A DNA stretch of 39,691 nucleotides from a virus. This document shows, one piece after another, positions 18,072 to 26,375 of the stretch (positions are counted from its first letter, which is position 1; each line of letters begins with the position of its first letter). The DNA is taken from UHGV virus genome UHGV-1269212; one strand, written 5' to 3'. The position numbers were made by a program, and so were the translations under genes. The notes beneath the pieces were generated by a model. The model had not been told where the DNA came from and ran no database searches. It was given only the letters and a program-made list of their open reading frames with translations.

Positions 18072-18134
18072 TTCTTTTTCCTCTCTTTCTTGTGCACTTT
18101 AACACCACTTTGCTCTATATAAACGCCGAAGCGG

Positions 18135-18620
18135 TTATATCATTTCCATAACTGCTAAATTAGGAATAAAATAAATAACATAATTATCTACAGTAGTACA
18201 TTCACCATATTTTCCAGTATAGCAGTCAATAGCTTCCTGCAGATATTCTTCTGTGACATGTAGATGTTCTGCAACTTCATATCGATTCTGGCATCCAGCA
18301 TTAAAAGCGGATATGATACCACGCAACCCGATCATTCGGTTATATCCGCGTAATCGACCTTTTTGTTCTTGCTTTAGATTTTCAATATTCATTTGGTCAA
18401 TGATATTTCCAACAGCAGTGAAATGATGTCCCATTTCTTCTGCGAGTACACACGCTTTTTCTGTTGATGTTCTTAACCTATCAGATATTGCAATTCTATT
18501 TCTGAATATTCGTCCATCACTCCCGGACAGAGGCTTCTCACGGACTACGAGTCCGCTATTTTTCGCCTCTTCTAAAAGTTCCTCATAAATTGTCATCGTA
18601 TCACTCCCATTCAGAGTCAT
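18135..18620 (-). CDS. immA: ImmA/IrrE-family zinc metallopeptidase (anti-repressor protease)
   Basis: HEXXH motif AEEMGHHF; 20-nt overlap with the upstream XRE repressor gene, as in ImmR/ImmA pairs. Confidence 0.7.
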   Translation of the reverse strand: MTLNGSDTMTIYEELLEEAKNSGLVVREKPLSGSDGRIFRNRIAISDRLRTSTEKACVLAEEMGHHFTAVGNIIDQMNIENLKQEQKGRLRGYNRMIGLRGIISAFNAGCQNRYEVAEHLHVTEEYLQEAIDCYTGKYGECTTVDNYVIYFIPNLAVMEMI

Positions 18621-19092
18621 CCATCATGATGTCATCATCATGTTTTCTCATTTCATTGGTTACTTTAATATCGGTACGTTCGTGAGCCGCCATTACTGAT
18701 AGATCATCATCCATTTGTTGTATAGATAGCAATTGTTCAATGTAATTATCGGCTTTTCTTCTATTCATCTCAATCAACTGCAAATACTTTTTAAAATGAG
18801 TCTTTTCTCTCGAAGATAATGCGCCAATGTTATTAATTATATTTTCGAGATTATCATTTGTAAATACGTTTTCAATGTATTTATCGGTAGCTGAATCTAA
18901 ATCCATGAGATAGGTAGGTGAGCAATCAAAAATTTCTGACATTTTCGCAATAGTAGAACGTTTTATATTCTTAACTCGCCCATTCTCATATTTTGCTATC
19001 GCAGATTTTTGAAGCCCCAACTTTTGTGCAAGTTCTTCTTGGGTGAGCCCAACTTCTTTTCTTTTGCTCTTTATTCTATCTGACATTGCCAT
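18601..19092 (-). CDS. immR: XRE-family HTH repressor (CI/ImmR-like)
   Basis: N-terminal HTH (GLTQEELAQKLGLQKSAIAKYENG); divergent from the cro-like gene; AAAGGAG RBS. Confidence 0.8.
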   Translation of the reverse strand: MAMSDRIKSKRKEVGLTQEELAQKLGLQKSAIAKYENGRVKNIKRSTIAKMSEIFDCSPTYLMDLDSATDKYIENVFTNDNLENIINNIGALSSREKTHFKKYLQLIEMNRRKADNYIEQLLSIQQMDDDLSVMAAHERTDIKVTNEMRKHDDDIMMDDSEWE

Positions 19093-19112
19093 GTTTCTGT
19101 TCTCCTTTCGAT

Positions 19113-19239
19113 GTGTCTTAATTTTACTACATTAAATACGAGATTGCAAGCTTTTTGTGAAAAAGTGTCTTAAAAATATAAAAAAGTTGTTGACAATAAA
19201 GACACCCAGTGCTATTCTGTAAGTGTCTTAAACAGACAC
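19113..19239. promoter_or_regulatory. Immunity switch region. Leftward PRM: TTGCAA 19144-19149, TAAAAT as ATTTTA 19121-19126. Rightward PR: TTGACA 19190-19195, TATTCT 19213-19218. Operator dyad GTGTCTTAAACAGACAC 19223-19239. Half-sites GTGTCT at 19113 and 19165, AGACAC at 19200
   Basis: Hexamers with 17-nt spacers read directly; the GTGTCT-N5-AGACAC dyad overlaps the PR +1 region. Confidence 0.55.
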
Positions 19240-19265
19240 AAATAAATTAAAGGAGGTTTGGTAGG

Positions 19266-19472
19266 ATGAATAAAAACATGCTAGAGTCGGTCATGAAGCT
19301 AAATGGTGACACGGGAACTTCCCTTGCTTCTTATTTAGGGATTGCACGAGGTACGTTTTCCGCAAAAATCAACGAAACAAACGGTGCGGAATTTACTCAA
19401 GGAGAAATTTCTAGAATTAAGCAGAAGTATTCTTTGTGTGGGGAAGATATTGAAAAAATTTTTTTTGATTAA
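19266..19472 (+). CDS. Cro-like small HTH regulator
   Basis: 68 aa; AGGAGG RBS; first gene of the rightward early operon; HTH-like GTSLASYLGIARGTF segment. Confidence 0.45.
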   Translation: MNKNMLESVMKLNGDTGTSLASYLGIARGTFSAKINETNGAEFTQGEISRIKQKYSLCGEDIEKIFFD

Positions 19473-19475
19473 AAA

Positions 19476-19492
19476 GTGTCTAAAAAAGACAC
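19476..19492. promoter_or_regulatory. Second operator GTGTCTAAAAAAGACAC (same dyad and spacing as 19223-19239) immediately upstream of the Rha antirepressor RBS
   Basis: Perfect 6-5-6 dyad 14 nt upstream of ATG 19506. Confidence 0.55.
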
Positions 19493-19505
19493 AGAAAGAG
19501 GAAGT

Positions 19506-20273
19506 ATGAACAATTTAACAGTATTCGAACAAAATGGGCAGCTACTCACCGACAGTAGAGAAGTAGCAATGATGGTAGAGCTTGAGCATTACAATCTTAT
19601 CAAAAAGATAAAGTCTTATGCAAAGCATCTTACTGACGTAAATTTTGACGTGAGTGAATATTTCATCGAATCAGAGTACAAAGACAGCACAGGAAGAACG
19701 CTTCCATGTTACCTCTGTACAAAGAAAGGATGCGACATGATCGCCAACAAAATGACCGGAAAGAAAGGTGTCATTTTTACAGCTACATATATTGAAGCAT
19801 TCGAGAAGATGAAAGATTTCATCGAAAAGGGAACACAGTACGTTGGCATTCCATTAAAAGAACAGGTGGAATCACTGGAAGTGGTAGCAAGCATGTTAAG
19901 AATGAACGATGCAAGCAAATTGCTGATGCTGAAAGGGTTCTATGATTCTTACCATATTCCGACAGGATTCTTACCGAATTATGAGTTTAACGGCAATAGG
20001 GAAATGAAGTCGCTCACAGCACTGCTGAAAGAAAATAATCTCGGAATCAGTGCGGTGCAGTTCAATAAGAAACTTTTATCTGCCGGAATCTTAGAAGAAA
20101 AGGAACGCCAGTCAAGTAAGGGAAGAGTGAAGAAGTTCAAATCACTGACAGAGAAAGGTTTGAAATACGGCGAAAATGCAGTCAGTCCTCATAATCAGAA
20201 AGAGGTGCAGCCGTTGTATTACAGTGACACGTTCAATGAACTGTTTGAGGTTGCGACAGATTCGTTGGCGTAA
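19506..20273 (+). CDS. Phage regulatory protein Rha-family antirepressor
   Basis: AGAGGAAGT RBS; N-terminus NNLTVFEQNGQLLTDSREVAMMVELEHYNLIKKIK matches the Rha (pRha) N-domain; 255 aa. Confidence 0.55.
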   Translation: MNNLTVFEQNGQLLTDSREVAMMVELEHYNLIKKIKSYAKHLTDVNFDVSEYFIESEYKDSTGRTLPCYLCTKKGCDMIANKMTGKKGVIFTATYIEAFEKMKDFIEKGTQYVGIPLKEQVESLEVVASMLRMNDASKLLMLKGFYDSYHIPTGFLPNYEFNGNREMKSLTALLKENNLGISAVQFNKKLLSAGILEEKERQSSKGRVKKFKSLTEKGLKYGENAVSPHNQKEVQPLYYSDTFNELFEVATDSLA

Positions 20274-20308
20274 GTGTTGAGTATTTTTGGAGTAGGAGGT
20301 GAGCGAGA

Positions 20309-20599
20309 ATGGGATACACGGAACATGAAGTAGGTGACACTGTGATTATGACACAAGAAGAGTGCAACGAATACTTATTAAAACACGAAAATTTTATTCG
20401 CTGCTCTCGGTGCAAAAATTTAATACACAGTTCAAACAAATATTGTCAATATTGTGGATGTCCTAATGAAAAAGAACTCCAAGCTATTAAAAAAAGCAAG
20501 GAGCTCAGTTCCGATATTGTGCTTAATGGAAAGATTATTTCTCAAGCTGTTCGGAAAGCCATTTGTGATACAACTCAAGAAGACGGACGTTCATTTTAA
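20309..20599 (+). CDS. Small zinc-ribbon protein (CSRC...CQYC)
   Basis: GGAGGTGAG RBS; 96 aa; 3' end overlaps the convergent gene 20535..20759. Confidence 0.4.
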   Translation: MGYTEHEVGDTVIMTQEECNEYLLKHENFIRCSRCKNLIHSSNKYCQYCGCPNEKELQAIKKSKELSSDIVLNGKIISQAVRKAICDTTQEDGRSF

Positions 20600-20759
20600 A
20601 ACTGAATCCAGCTATAAATCCGGCTATTTCGTTAAAAGCATTAGGGTCTCCAAGAGATGTTTCAAGCGTTGGATAATCCTCATCATTAACGCCGTTGATA
20701 TAGTCGATATCTTCTTGTGTTAACGATTTTTTAAATTCGTCAAAAGATTTAAGTACCAT
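20535..20759 (-). CDS. Hypothetical acidic 74-aa protein, antisense to the early operon
   Basis: GGAGATCGACT-ATG RBS on the minus strand; driven by the consensus leftward promoter in repeat module 1. Confidence 0.4.
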   Translation of the reverse strand: MVLKSFDEFKKSLTQEDIDYINGVNDEDYPTLETSLGDPNAFNEIAGFIAGFSFKMNVRLLELYHKWLSEQLEK

Positions 20760-20761
20760 AG

Positions 20762-20871
20762 TCGATCTCCTTTCTTAAATACTCGGCATTGGCAGATGCC
20801 TGTAAGTAAATTATAGGAGATAAGGAAACAAATGACAAGAAAGATTCAACAAGAAAGAGGTGAGAAAGATG
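20762..20871. promoter_or_regulatory. Repeat module copy 1. Leftward promoter TTGTCA (as TGACAA, 20833-20838), 17-nt spacer, TATAAT (as ATTATA, 20810-20815). Dyad GGCATTGGCAGATGCC at 20785-20800. RBSs in both directions
   Basis: About 90% identical to 21165-21273; consensus hexamers read on the minus strand. Confidence 0.55.
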
Positions 20872-21030
20872 TTAAAAAAGATTTACAGTGAACTGCTCCT
20901 TATAAGGAGAGAAATAAAGCAGCTCAACAAGACTTTGGAAAGAAATGTTGAACTGCAAAATAAAATGCGTGATGAGCCAATGTTTATACCGAGCTACTCA
21001 CGTTCGTCCAAAGAACATACTGCTGAATAA
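20869..21030 (+). CDS. Hypothetical 53-aa protein
   Basis: AAGAAAGAGGTGAGAAAG-ATG RBS; not in the ORF track (<60 aa). Confidence 0.3.
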   Translation: MLKKIYSELLLIRREIKQLNKTLERNVELQNKMRDEPMFIPSYSRSSKEHTAE

Positions 21031-21161
21031 CATGATTTGAGTATGTTCTCTACATCATCACCAGACAATGGTTTGTGCATATTATTTTGGCTCATTTGAG
21101 CCATGGCCATCAATGCGGATTTCGCCAAATCTACAGCGAGTTCCTTGTTTGATTTATCCAT
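20994..21161 (-). CDS. Hypothetical 55-aa protein, antisense to the early operon
   Basis: AGGAGATGTAGTT-ATG RBS on the minus strand; driven by module copy 2; 3' end overlaps 20869..21030 convergently. Confidence 0.35.
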   Translation of the reverse strand: MDKSNKELAVDLAKSALMAMAQMSQNNMHKPLSGDDVENILKSCYSAVCSLDERE

Positions 21162-21164
21162 AAC

Positions 21165-21273
21165 TACATCTCCTTTCCTAAATACTCGGCATTGGCAGAT
21201 GCCTGTAAGTAAATTATAGGAGAGTTGGAAACAAATGACAATAAAGATTCAAAAAGAAAGAGGTGAGAACATG
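21165..21273. promoter_or_regulatory. Repeat module copy 2. Leftward promoter TTGTCA (21236-21241) / TATAAT (21213-21218). Dyad GGCATTGGCAGATGCC at 21188-21203
   Basis: Near-identical to 20762-20871. Confidence 0.55.
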
Positions 21274-21444
21274 AGTGAAACATTAGAAAACATCACAAGA
21301 AATCAGGAAGAGAAAAGATTGGAGGATTTTAAAAGGATTGCAGAGAACTGGGACAAGCTTCCGGAAAGAGCACAGGGAAAGATCGATGGGATTATTTCGA
21401 TGGCTGCATCTGCATTTTTAAAAGAAACAAAGAAAGCAGGATGA
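21271..21444 (+). CDS. Hypothetical 57-aa protein
   Basis: GAAAGAGGTGAGAAC-ATG RBS, the same leader as gene 20869..21030. Confidence 0.35.
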   Translation: MSETLENITRNQEEKRLEDFKRIAENWDKLPERAQGKIDGIISMAASAFLKETKKAG

Positions 21445-22220
21445 TGAAAGGACGAACAATGAACGAATTAAAAGTAATTGAAAATGAACTTGTCCCAGTA
21501 TACGAGACAAGCACAGGAGAAAAAGTTGTATACGGTTCAGAACTGCATGAGGTTCTTGGAGTTAAAAGCAGATTTAACGATTGGGTTAAAAATAGACTTG
21601 GAGACGTAGATGCTTGCGAGAAAGAAGATTTTGATACGCTTACTAAAAATTTAGTAAACGGCGGAACGCAGAAGGAATACATAATCAAACTGGATACTGC
21701 CAAAGAAATGGCAATGCTTGAGCGGAACGAAAAAGGAAAGCAAGTACGCAGATATTTCATCCGGGTAGAAAAGAAATACAAAGCGGCATCTCTTGCCACA
21801 CAAGAACTCTCACCGCAGTTACAGGTCATGATTAACTTGGAAATTGAGCAGAAGCGTCAGGCAGAGAAGCTTGAGCACGTGGAAGAACGGATTGAAAGCA
21901 TCCGTGAGGTTGTTGCAATCGATACAACATCATGGAGAGAAGATACCGGAAGAATCTTGAGAAAAATCGGTATGGAGTGTGGAGACAGCAAGTCTTATCA
22001 AGATGTAAGAGCGGAATCCTATCAGCTGTTGGAAAAACGCATGGGAGTGAATGTAAAACAGAGACTCACGAACAGGCGTAGGAGAATGGCAGATGAGGGT
22101 GTTTGCAAATCCAGAAGAGACAAATTGAATTATCTTGATGTGATTGCTGATGATAAGAAACTGATTGAGGGATATACGGCTATTGTAAAAGAACTGGCTA
22201 TTAAATACGGAGTTGCATAG
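21441..22220 (+). CDS. Antirepressor-like protein (AntA/ORF6N-type N-domain)
   Basis: ELHEVLGVKSRFNDWVKNRL resembles the AntA N-terminal motif; coiled-coil C-terminus; 259 aa. Confidence 0.45.
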   Translation: MMKGRTMNELKVIENELVPVYETSTGEKVVYGSELHEVLGVKSRFNDWVKNRLGDVDACEKEDFDTLTKNLVNGGTQKEYIIKLDTAKEMAMLERNEKGKQVRRYFIRVEKKYKAASLATQELSPQLQVMINLEIEQKRQAEKLEHVEERIESIREVVAIDTTSWREDTGRILRKIGMECGDSKSYQDVRAESYQLLEKRMGVNVKQRLTNRRRRMADEGVCKSRRDKLNYLDVIADDKKLIEGYTAIVKELAIKYGVA

Positions 22221-22241
22221 AAGAAAAGGAGGAAAAAGAGG

Positions 22242-22604
22242 ATGTGTTGGAGTGGCAGTCCGGGAACACCGGGAATGGATCCCGTTCAAGAAGCAGAAAA
22301 ACGTACAGGAAAGATGTTCAATGCTCAATCGCAGAGAATGGATCAAATTGAGTTTGATGCGTTAAGAAAAGAGGCAGAAGAACTTAAAACAGAAGTGGAT
22401 AGCCTAAAACATAAGACCCTCTGTCTGCTTGTAACGCTTGTTGTCTTTGTGATTTTTGCTTCATTTTCAGTTGTGAATATGTCAAGACAGTATTCAACTA
22501 TCCATGACTATTACATGGATTCTCGGAGTACTGATCAGGAGATAAGTCAATCTCTGGAAGAACTGATTCCGAAGATAGAAGTACTTCAGTCAGAATTTAA
22601 ATAA
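22242..22604 (+). CDS. Hypothetical coiled-coil / single-TM protein
   Basis: ORF with an RBS; no recognisable family. Confidence 0.3.
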   Translation: MCWSGSPGTPGMDPVQEAEKRTGKMFNAQSQRMDQIEFDALRKEAEELKTEVDSLKHKTLCLLVTLVVFVIFASFSVVNMSRQYSTIHDYYMDSRSTDQEISQSLEELIPKIEVLQSEFK

Positions 22605-22618
22605 GGAGGGAAAACACA

Positions 22619-23014
22619 ATGTTTAGCACTGTAAAAATAGAAAACGGGGTAATTTTGGACGGCAAGAAACTTAAATGCGTGAAATCATACAAATTAGAAC
22701 AGAAAGAGAGAGATGATATCGCAGAACTTACAGTAAATATGGATGTTCGGGTTTTTTGTAAGGACGATAAGCCGTCCGATATCAAAGTTGGAACTATTAA
22801 GGCGGACAAGCCATCTGGATTGAGGTTGGCGGACTTGGCAAATGTAATTGGAGAAGAAGTACTTGTGAAAGTTGTATATCAAAAAGAAATGGGTACGGCA
22901 GTAAATATATATGAACCTGGAAGCATTTCCGGAGAAGACCCAAAATTTTTGGAAAAACCTGTGAAAACAATACGAACCATTATTGGTGTGCTGGTTGTGG
23001 AATTGGGGGACTAA
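22619..23014 (+). CDS. Hypothetical protein
   Basis: GGAGGGAAAACACA-ATG RBS; 131 aa. Confidence 0.4.
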   Translation: MFSTVKIENGVILDGKKLKCVKSYKLEQKERDDIAELTVNMDVRVFCKDDKPSDIKVGTIKADKPSGLRLADLANVIGEEVLVKVVYQKEMGTAVNIYEPGSISGEDPKFLEKPVKTIRTIIGVLVVELGD

Positions 23015-23015
23015 C

Positions 23016-23201
23016 ATGGAAATTGTAATAGCAAGCACTATCTGCTCGATCATGGTTTCTGTTGTTACAAGCATTATTATTACAAGGGAATACATGAGCG
23101 TTACTCAAAACGAGGTAGACAGGATGTTCAACATGAGTATTAAGCTTGTCGAGGATGCTGTGAAAATGATGGCTGATAGATTTGGAGCAGACCAGAAATA
23201 A
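23016..23201 (+). CDS. Small membrane protein (61 aa)
   Basis: In-frame ATG next to the upstream stop; N-terminal TM helix. Confidence 0.3.
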   Translation: MEIVIASTICSIMVSVVTSIIITREYMSVTQNEVDRMFNMSIKLVEDAVKMMADRFGADQK

Positions 23202-23243
23202 ATTACGACAATCCAACCTGCATACATAAGTGAGGTGATAAAA

Positions 23244-23477
23244 ATGAACACCGCAATTGCATTAAAAGAAACATTAAAAACGGCGGAAATCGCAAAGATT
23301 ACCGGTTGCTCCGTGAACGAAGTACGATACCGCATGAGACACAACATCTGGACATTTGGAGTCGTGCGGAAGACCGGGGCAGTAAAGAAACACTATGAAG
23401 CTACTATTTCCGAAGTGGCTGAGTTCTTCAGACTGAGCCGGGAGGAAGTTATCAGGAGGTTAAACGATGGGAAATAA
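23244..23477 (+). CDS. Small HTH DNA-binding protein (excisionase / MerR-like)
   Basis: GTGAGGTGA RBS; TAEIAKITGCSVNEVRYRM helix-turn-helix. Confidence 0.4.
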   Translation: MNTAIALKETLKTAEIAKITGCSVNEVRYRMRHNIWTFGVVRKTGAVKKHYEATISEVAEFFRLSREEVIRRLNDGK

Positions 23478-23658
23478 GAGATTAACCATACAAAGAGTTG
23501 ATCAATTCATCAGGCTCCTGGGAGCAACTGAAAAAGTGAACGGGTATGCAGAACAGCAGAAGCAGCATGCGATTGCCTGTTTAAATAATTATTGCAGGGA
23601 GTTGGAGTATCAAGGAAGAAAATCCGTGAAATTAAAGGAGGAAGAACATGGAAATTAA
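23467..23658 (+). CDS. Hypothetical protein
   Basis: 63 aa; overlaps the upstream gene by ATGGGAAATAA. Confidence 0.3.
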   Translation: MGNKRLTIQRVDQFIRLLGATEKVNGYAEQQKQHAIACLNNYCRELEYQGRKSVKLKEEEHGN

Positions 23659-23836
23659 AGGAACCTACCACTGCCAGACCACCCAGCATCCAAACACTTT
23701 AAACAGCTGGGACATCCGCTCCGTATCGGTAGATCTGCCGGAAGAAGAGGACAAGCCTTATTGGATCAGAGCTGGTGCGATGGTGATCGGGTTTATCTTG
23801 GTGCTACTGGCGTGGTATCTGGTGTTTGGGTATTAA
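23648..23836 (+). CDS. Hypothetical protein with a C-terminal TM helix
   Basis: AAGGAGG RBS; 62 aa. Confidence 0.35.
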   Translation: MEIKGTYHCQTTQHPNTLNSWDIRSVSVDLPEEEDKPYWIRAGAMVIGFILVLLAWYLVFGY

Positions 23837-23924
23837 AAATGAGCACCTACAAAAAGGCTGGGGAGCCGTAGGTACTCTGACAAAAAAATCAAGAATATAG
23901 TAACAGATTTTAGGAGGATAAGCA

Positions 23925-24197
23925 ATGGATAGAGAAAAAATACATAAACTTTTAGACTTAATTCTTGAGATTCAAGAGCGTGGAGAAGGTAGGAATGGGT
24001 ATCCGTACGTAAACATTGAATTTTCGAACTACGGTAGCAGAATATTTTTAACCGCACAAGAAAACGGATTTGTTACTGATGGAGATTACGATTTGTTTGA
24101 CGGTATTGCAACAGATAAGCAACTAGATAATGCAATCATTTTAGTTGGGGTATTGCTGGAAATGGCAGTGGACAAGACGGAGGAACAGTATGCTTAG
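23925..24197 (+). CDS. Hypothetical protein
   Basis: AGGAGGATAAGCA-ATG RBS; 90 aa. Confidence 0.4.
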   Translation: MDREKIHKLLDLILEIQERGEGRNGYPYVNIEFSNYGSRIFLTAQENGFVTDGDYDLFDGIATDKQLDNAIILVGVLLEMAVDKTEEQYA

Positions 24198-24316
24198 CTA
24201 TACAGATACCGAGCAAGAAGAAATGACGGAACGAGAAGTTGTTGAGAGTGAGAGATATTTTAAAGTACGGAGAAGACATTATCAAAATTATTGCGATTTT
24301 ATGGAGGAGATAACAA

Positions 24317-24781
24317 ATGGCAACATTATACGAGATTGATGAAGAGATTTTAAATTGTGTAGATCAGGAAACAGGCGAGATTATCGACCCGGAAAAGCTG
24401 GCACAGTTGCAGATGGATTTTGACAAAAAGGTAGAGGGAATTGCTCTCTGGATCAAAAACCTCTTATCTGATGCAGAAGCAATCAAAGCAGAGAAAAATA
24501 AACTGGCTGACCGCCAGAAATCATGTGAAAACAAGGCGAGAAACTTGAAAGAATACCTGTCTGGATATTTGTGCGGAGAAAAATTCAAGACAGCAAGGGT
24601 CAGTATTTCCTACCGAAAATCAGAGAGCGTAGAGGTGCAAGACATTTCAAAACTGGATGAAGAATACTTGAAGTTCACTGATCCGGAGGTGGACAAGACC
24701 AAGGTGAAAAAGGCGCTGAAAGATGGAATTGAACTCTCTGGCGTTGTATTGGTACAGAACAATAATATTCAGATTCGGTAG
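24317..24781 (+). CDS. Siphovirus Gp157-family protein (recombination-module partner)
   Basis: MATLYEIDEEI... N-terminus is typical of Sipho_Gp157; immediately upstream of the annealase. Confidence 0.55.
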   Translation: MATLYEIDEEILNCVDQETGEIIDPEKLAQLQMDFDKKVEGIALWIKNLLSDAEAIKAEKNKLADRQKSCENKARNLKEYLSGYLCGEKFKTARVSISYRKSESVEVQDISKLDEEYLKFTDPEVDKTKVKKALKDGIELSGVVLVQNNNIQIR

Positions 24782-24789
24782 GTGCAATC

Positions 24790-25392
24790 ATGGGAAATTT
24801 GGATTTATATAACAGGGTTAGAATTGTCCCGGAAGAGGCAAAGAAGCCTATCAAAGGCGGCCGCTTGAACGGAATGACGGATATTAACCCTATGTGGAGA
24901 ATCAAAGTACTTACAAGTGAATATGGTCCGTGTGGCATTGGCTGGTTTTACAAGCCTGTTAAGAAATGGACGGAGCAGGCAGGAGGTGAAACAGTTGCAT
25001 TCGTAGATATCGAACTGTTTATAAAGGTAGATGGTGAGTGGTCGCAACCGATCTGTGGAACTGGGGGGAGTAAGCTATCGCAAAACGAAAGAAATGGTCT
25101 TTTTGTTTCCGATGAATGTTACAAAATGGCAACAACAGACGCTATTTCTGTAGCTTGTAAGCAACTTGGAATTGGAGCAGACGTGTACTTTGGGGCAGAT
25201 AGAACTAAGTACGATTCTCCATTTGAAAGAGTGGAGCGAGTGCGAAACGAACTGAAAAAGCGCAGATGTTCAGAAGCGAATTTTATGCAGGTATATAGGT
25301 TGGATAATATTGAACAGGTGACAGATAGCCAAATCAAAGATTTTATAGCGAGAATGGAGGCGGCAAAGCATGACAGTGTGGATCAGAAGTAG
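24790..25392 (+). CDS. Rad52/Sak-like single-strand annealing protein
   Basis: GTGGSKLS...DECYKMATTDAISVACKQLGIGADVY aligns with the Rad52 GYG..EG...EKA.KEAVTDGLKRALR.FG..LG core. Confidence 0.55.
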   Translation: MGNLDLYNRVRIVPEEAKKPIKGGRLNGMTDINPMWRIKVLTSEYGPCGIGWFYKPVKKWTEQAGGETVAFVDIELFIKVDGEWSQPICGTGGSKLSQNERNGLFVSDECYKMATTDAISVACKQLGIGADVYFGADRTKYDSPFERVERVRNELKKRRCSEANFMQVYRLDNIEQVTDSQIKDFIARMEAAKHDSVDQK

Positions 25393-25885
25393 AGTGCAGA
25401 TGCCGAACTACGTGAAAGAAAGTATTAGATCATTGGTAAAGTCGATTTGCGATAAAGATGTCGATGTGAGTATTGCTCTGCACAAAGAATCAAAAACAGA
25501 TCAGCAAAGAAAATACTTTTGGACGCTGGTAAAAGAACTCCGCAGCGTTATGAAAAACGGACAGACTGAAAACGATGTGTATTTGCATCTTTTAAGGATA
25601 TACGGGACGTCAGATTTTATAAGCCTTCCGTCCGATCAGGTGCATCTTGCAAGAGCTTGTTACCGGATTGTAGAAGTACAGAACAAGAAAGAGTTTGTGA
25701 ACAAGGAGAATGAGTGCATTACTGTTTGTACTTTGCGCTGCTGGAAAGGATTGAGCGAATACGATACCAACGAAGCTTGCATGTTGATAGATGGAGCGGT
25801 TGAAGAGTGCAAAAGTCTTGGTATTCCGACAGATACGCCGGATGAAATTCGCAAAATGAAAGAGTTGTGGGGGATTGAATTATAA
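25370..25885 (+). CDS. Hypothetical protein in the recombination module
   Basis: 171 aa; overlaps the annealase stop. Confidence 0.35.
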   Translation: MTVWIRSRVQMPNYVKESIRSLVKSICDKDVDVSIALHKESKTDQQRKYFWTLVKELRSVMKNGQTENDVYLHLLRIYGTSDFISLPSDQVHLARACYRIVEVQNKKEFVNKENECITVCTLRCWKGLSEYDTNEACMLIDGAVEECKSLGIPTDTPDEIRKMKELWGIEL

Positions 25886-25902
25886 GCATTGATTACAGTG
25901 AC

Positions 25903-26262
25903 ATGGCGCTCCCAAAGCCGAAGCGAAAGAAAAAGAAAAAAGGTCATCAAAGAGCATCCGGCAGACCAAAGAAGCTGTGGAGCATATTTACAGAAGATAT
26001 GGATCACTGCATGTACACAGGAGTTTACGGAGTGGAGCGTCATCATATTTTTAGCCACACATCAAGAGAAATAGAACTTTCGGAAGATTACGGATTCATA
26101 GCTCCACTGAGACCGGATCTGCATCCAAACGGAACAAGGGCAGGGGAGAATGCTTCGAAAGTTGACCGATACTTAAGAAAATGCTGCAAGGAGTATTATT
26201 TGCAGCACTACGGAACAGAAGAACAGTTCCGGCAAGAATTTCACTATGTTAGTAAGGGTTAA
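25903..26262 (+). CDS. Hypothetical basic protein, possibly HNH-like nuclease (C..TG....ERHHI...H)
   Basis: Polybasic N-terminus KPKRKKKKKGHQR; weak HNH-like Cys/His pattern. Confidence 0.3.
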   Translation: MALPKPKRKKKKKGHQRASGRPKKLWSIFTEDMDHCMYTGVYGVERHHIFSHTSREIELSEDYGFIAPLRPDLHPNGTRAGENASKVDRYLRKCCKEYYLQHYGTEEQFRQEFHYVSKG

Positions 26263-26375
26263 ACCTTTGCTATAAATTGTAACCCGTTCATGGCTGCTGT
26301 GTAGTACGTCACAAATACCTTAAGTAAGCCAGATTCATTGTCTCCCGGTAACTCCGGGAGCAGAAAGGAGAATAA

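Noticed and set aside
20785-20800. TGGCAG...TGTA inside the repeat module read as a sigma-54 (-24/-12) promoter
   Set aside because: The -12 element (TTGC) is absent and the spacing does not fit. The same sequence is better explained as a GGCAT-N6-ATGCC operator dyad downstream of a consensus sigma-70 promoter on the other strand.
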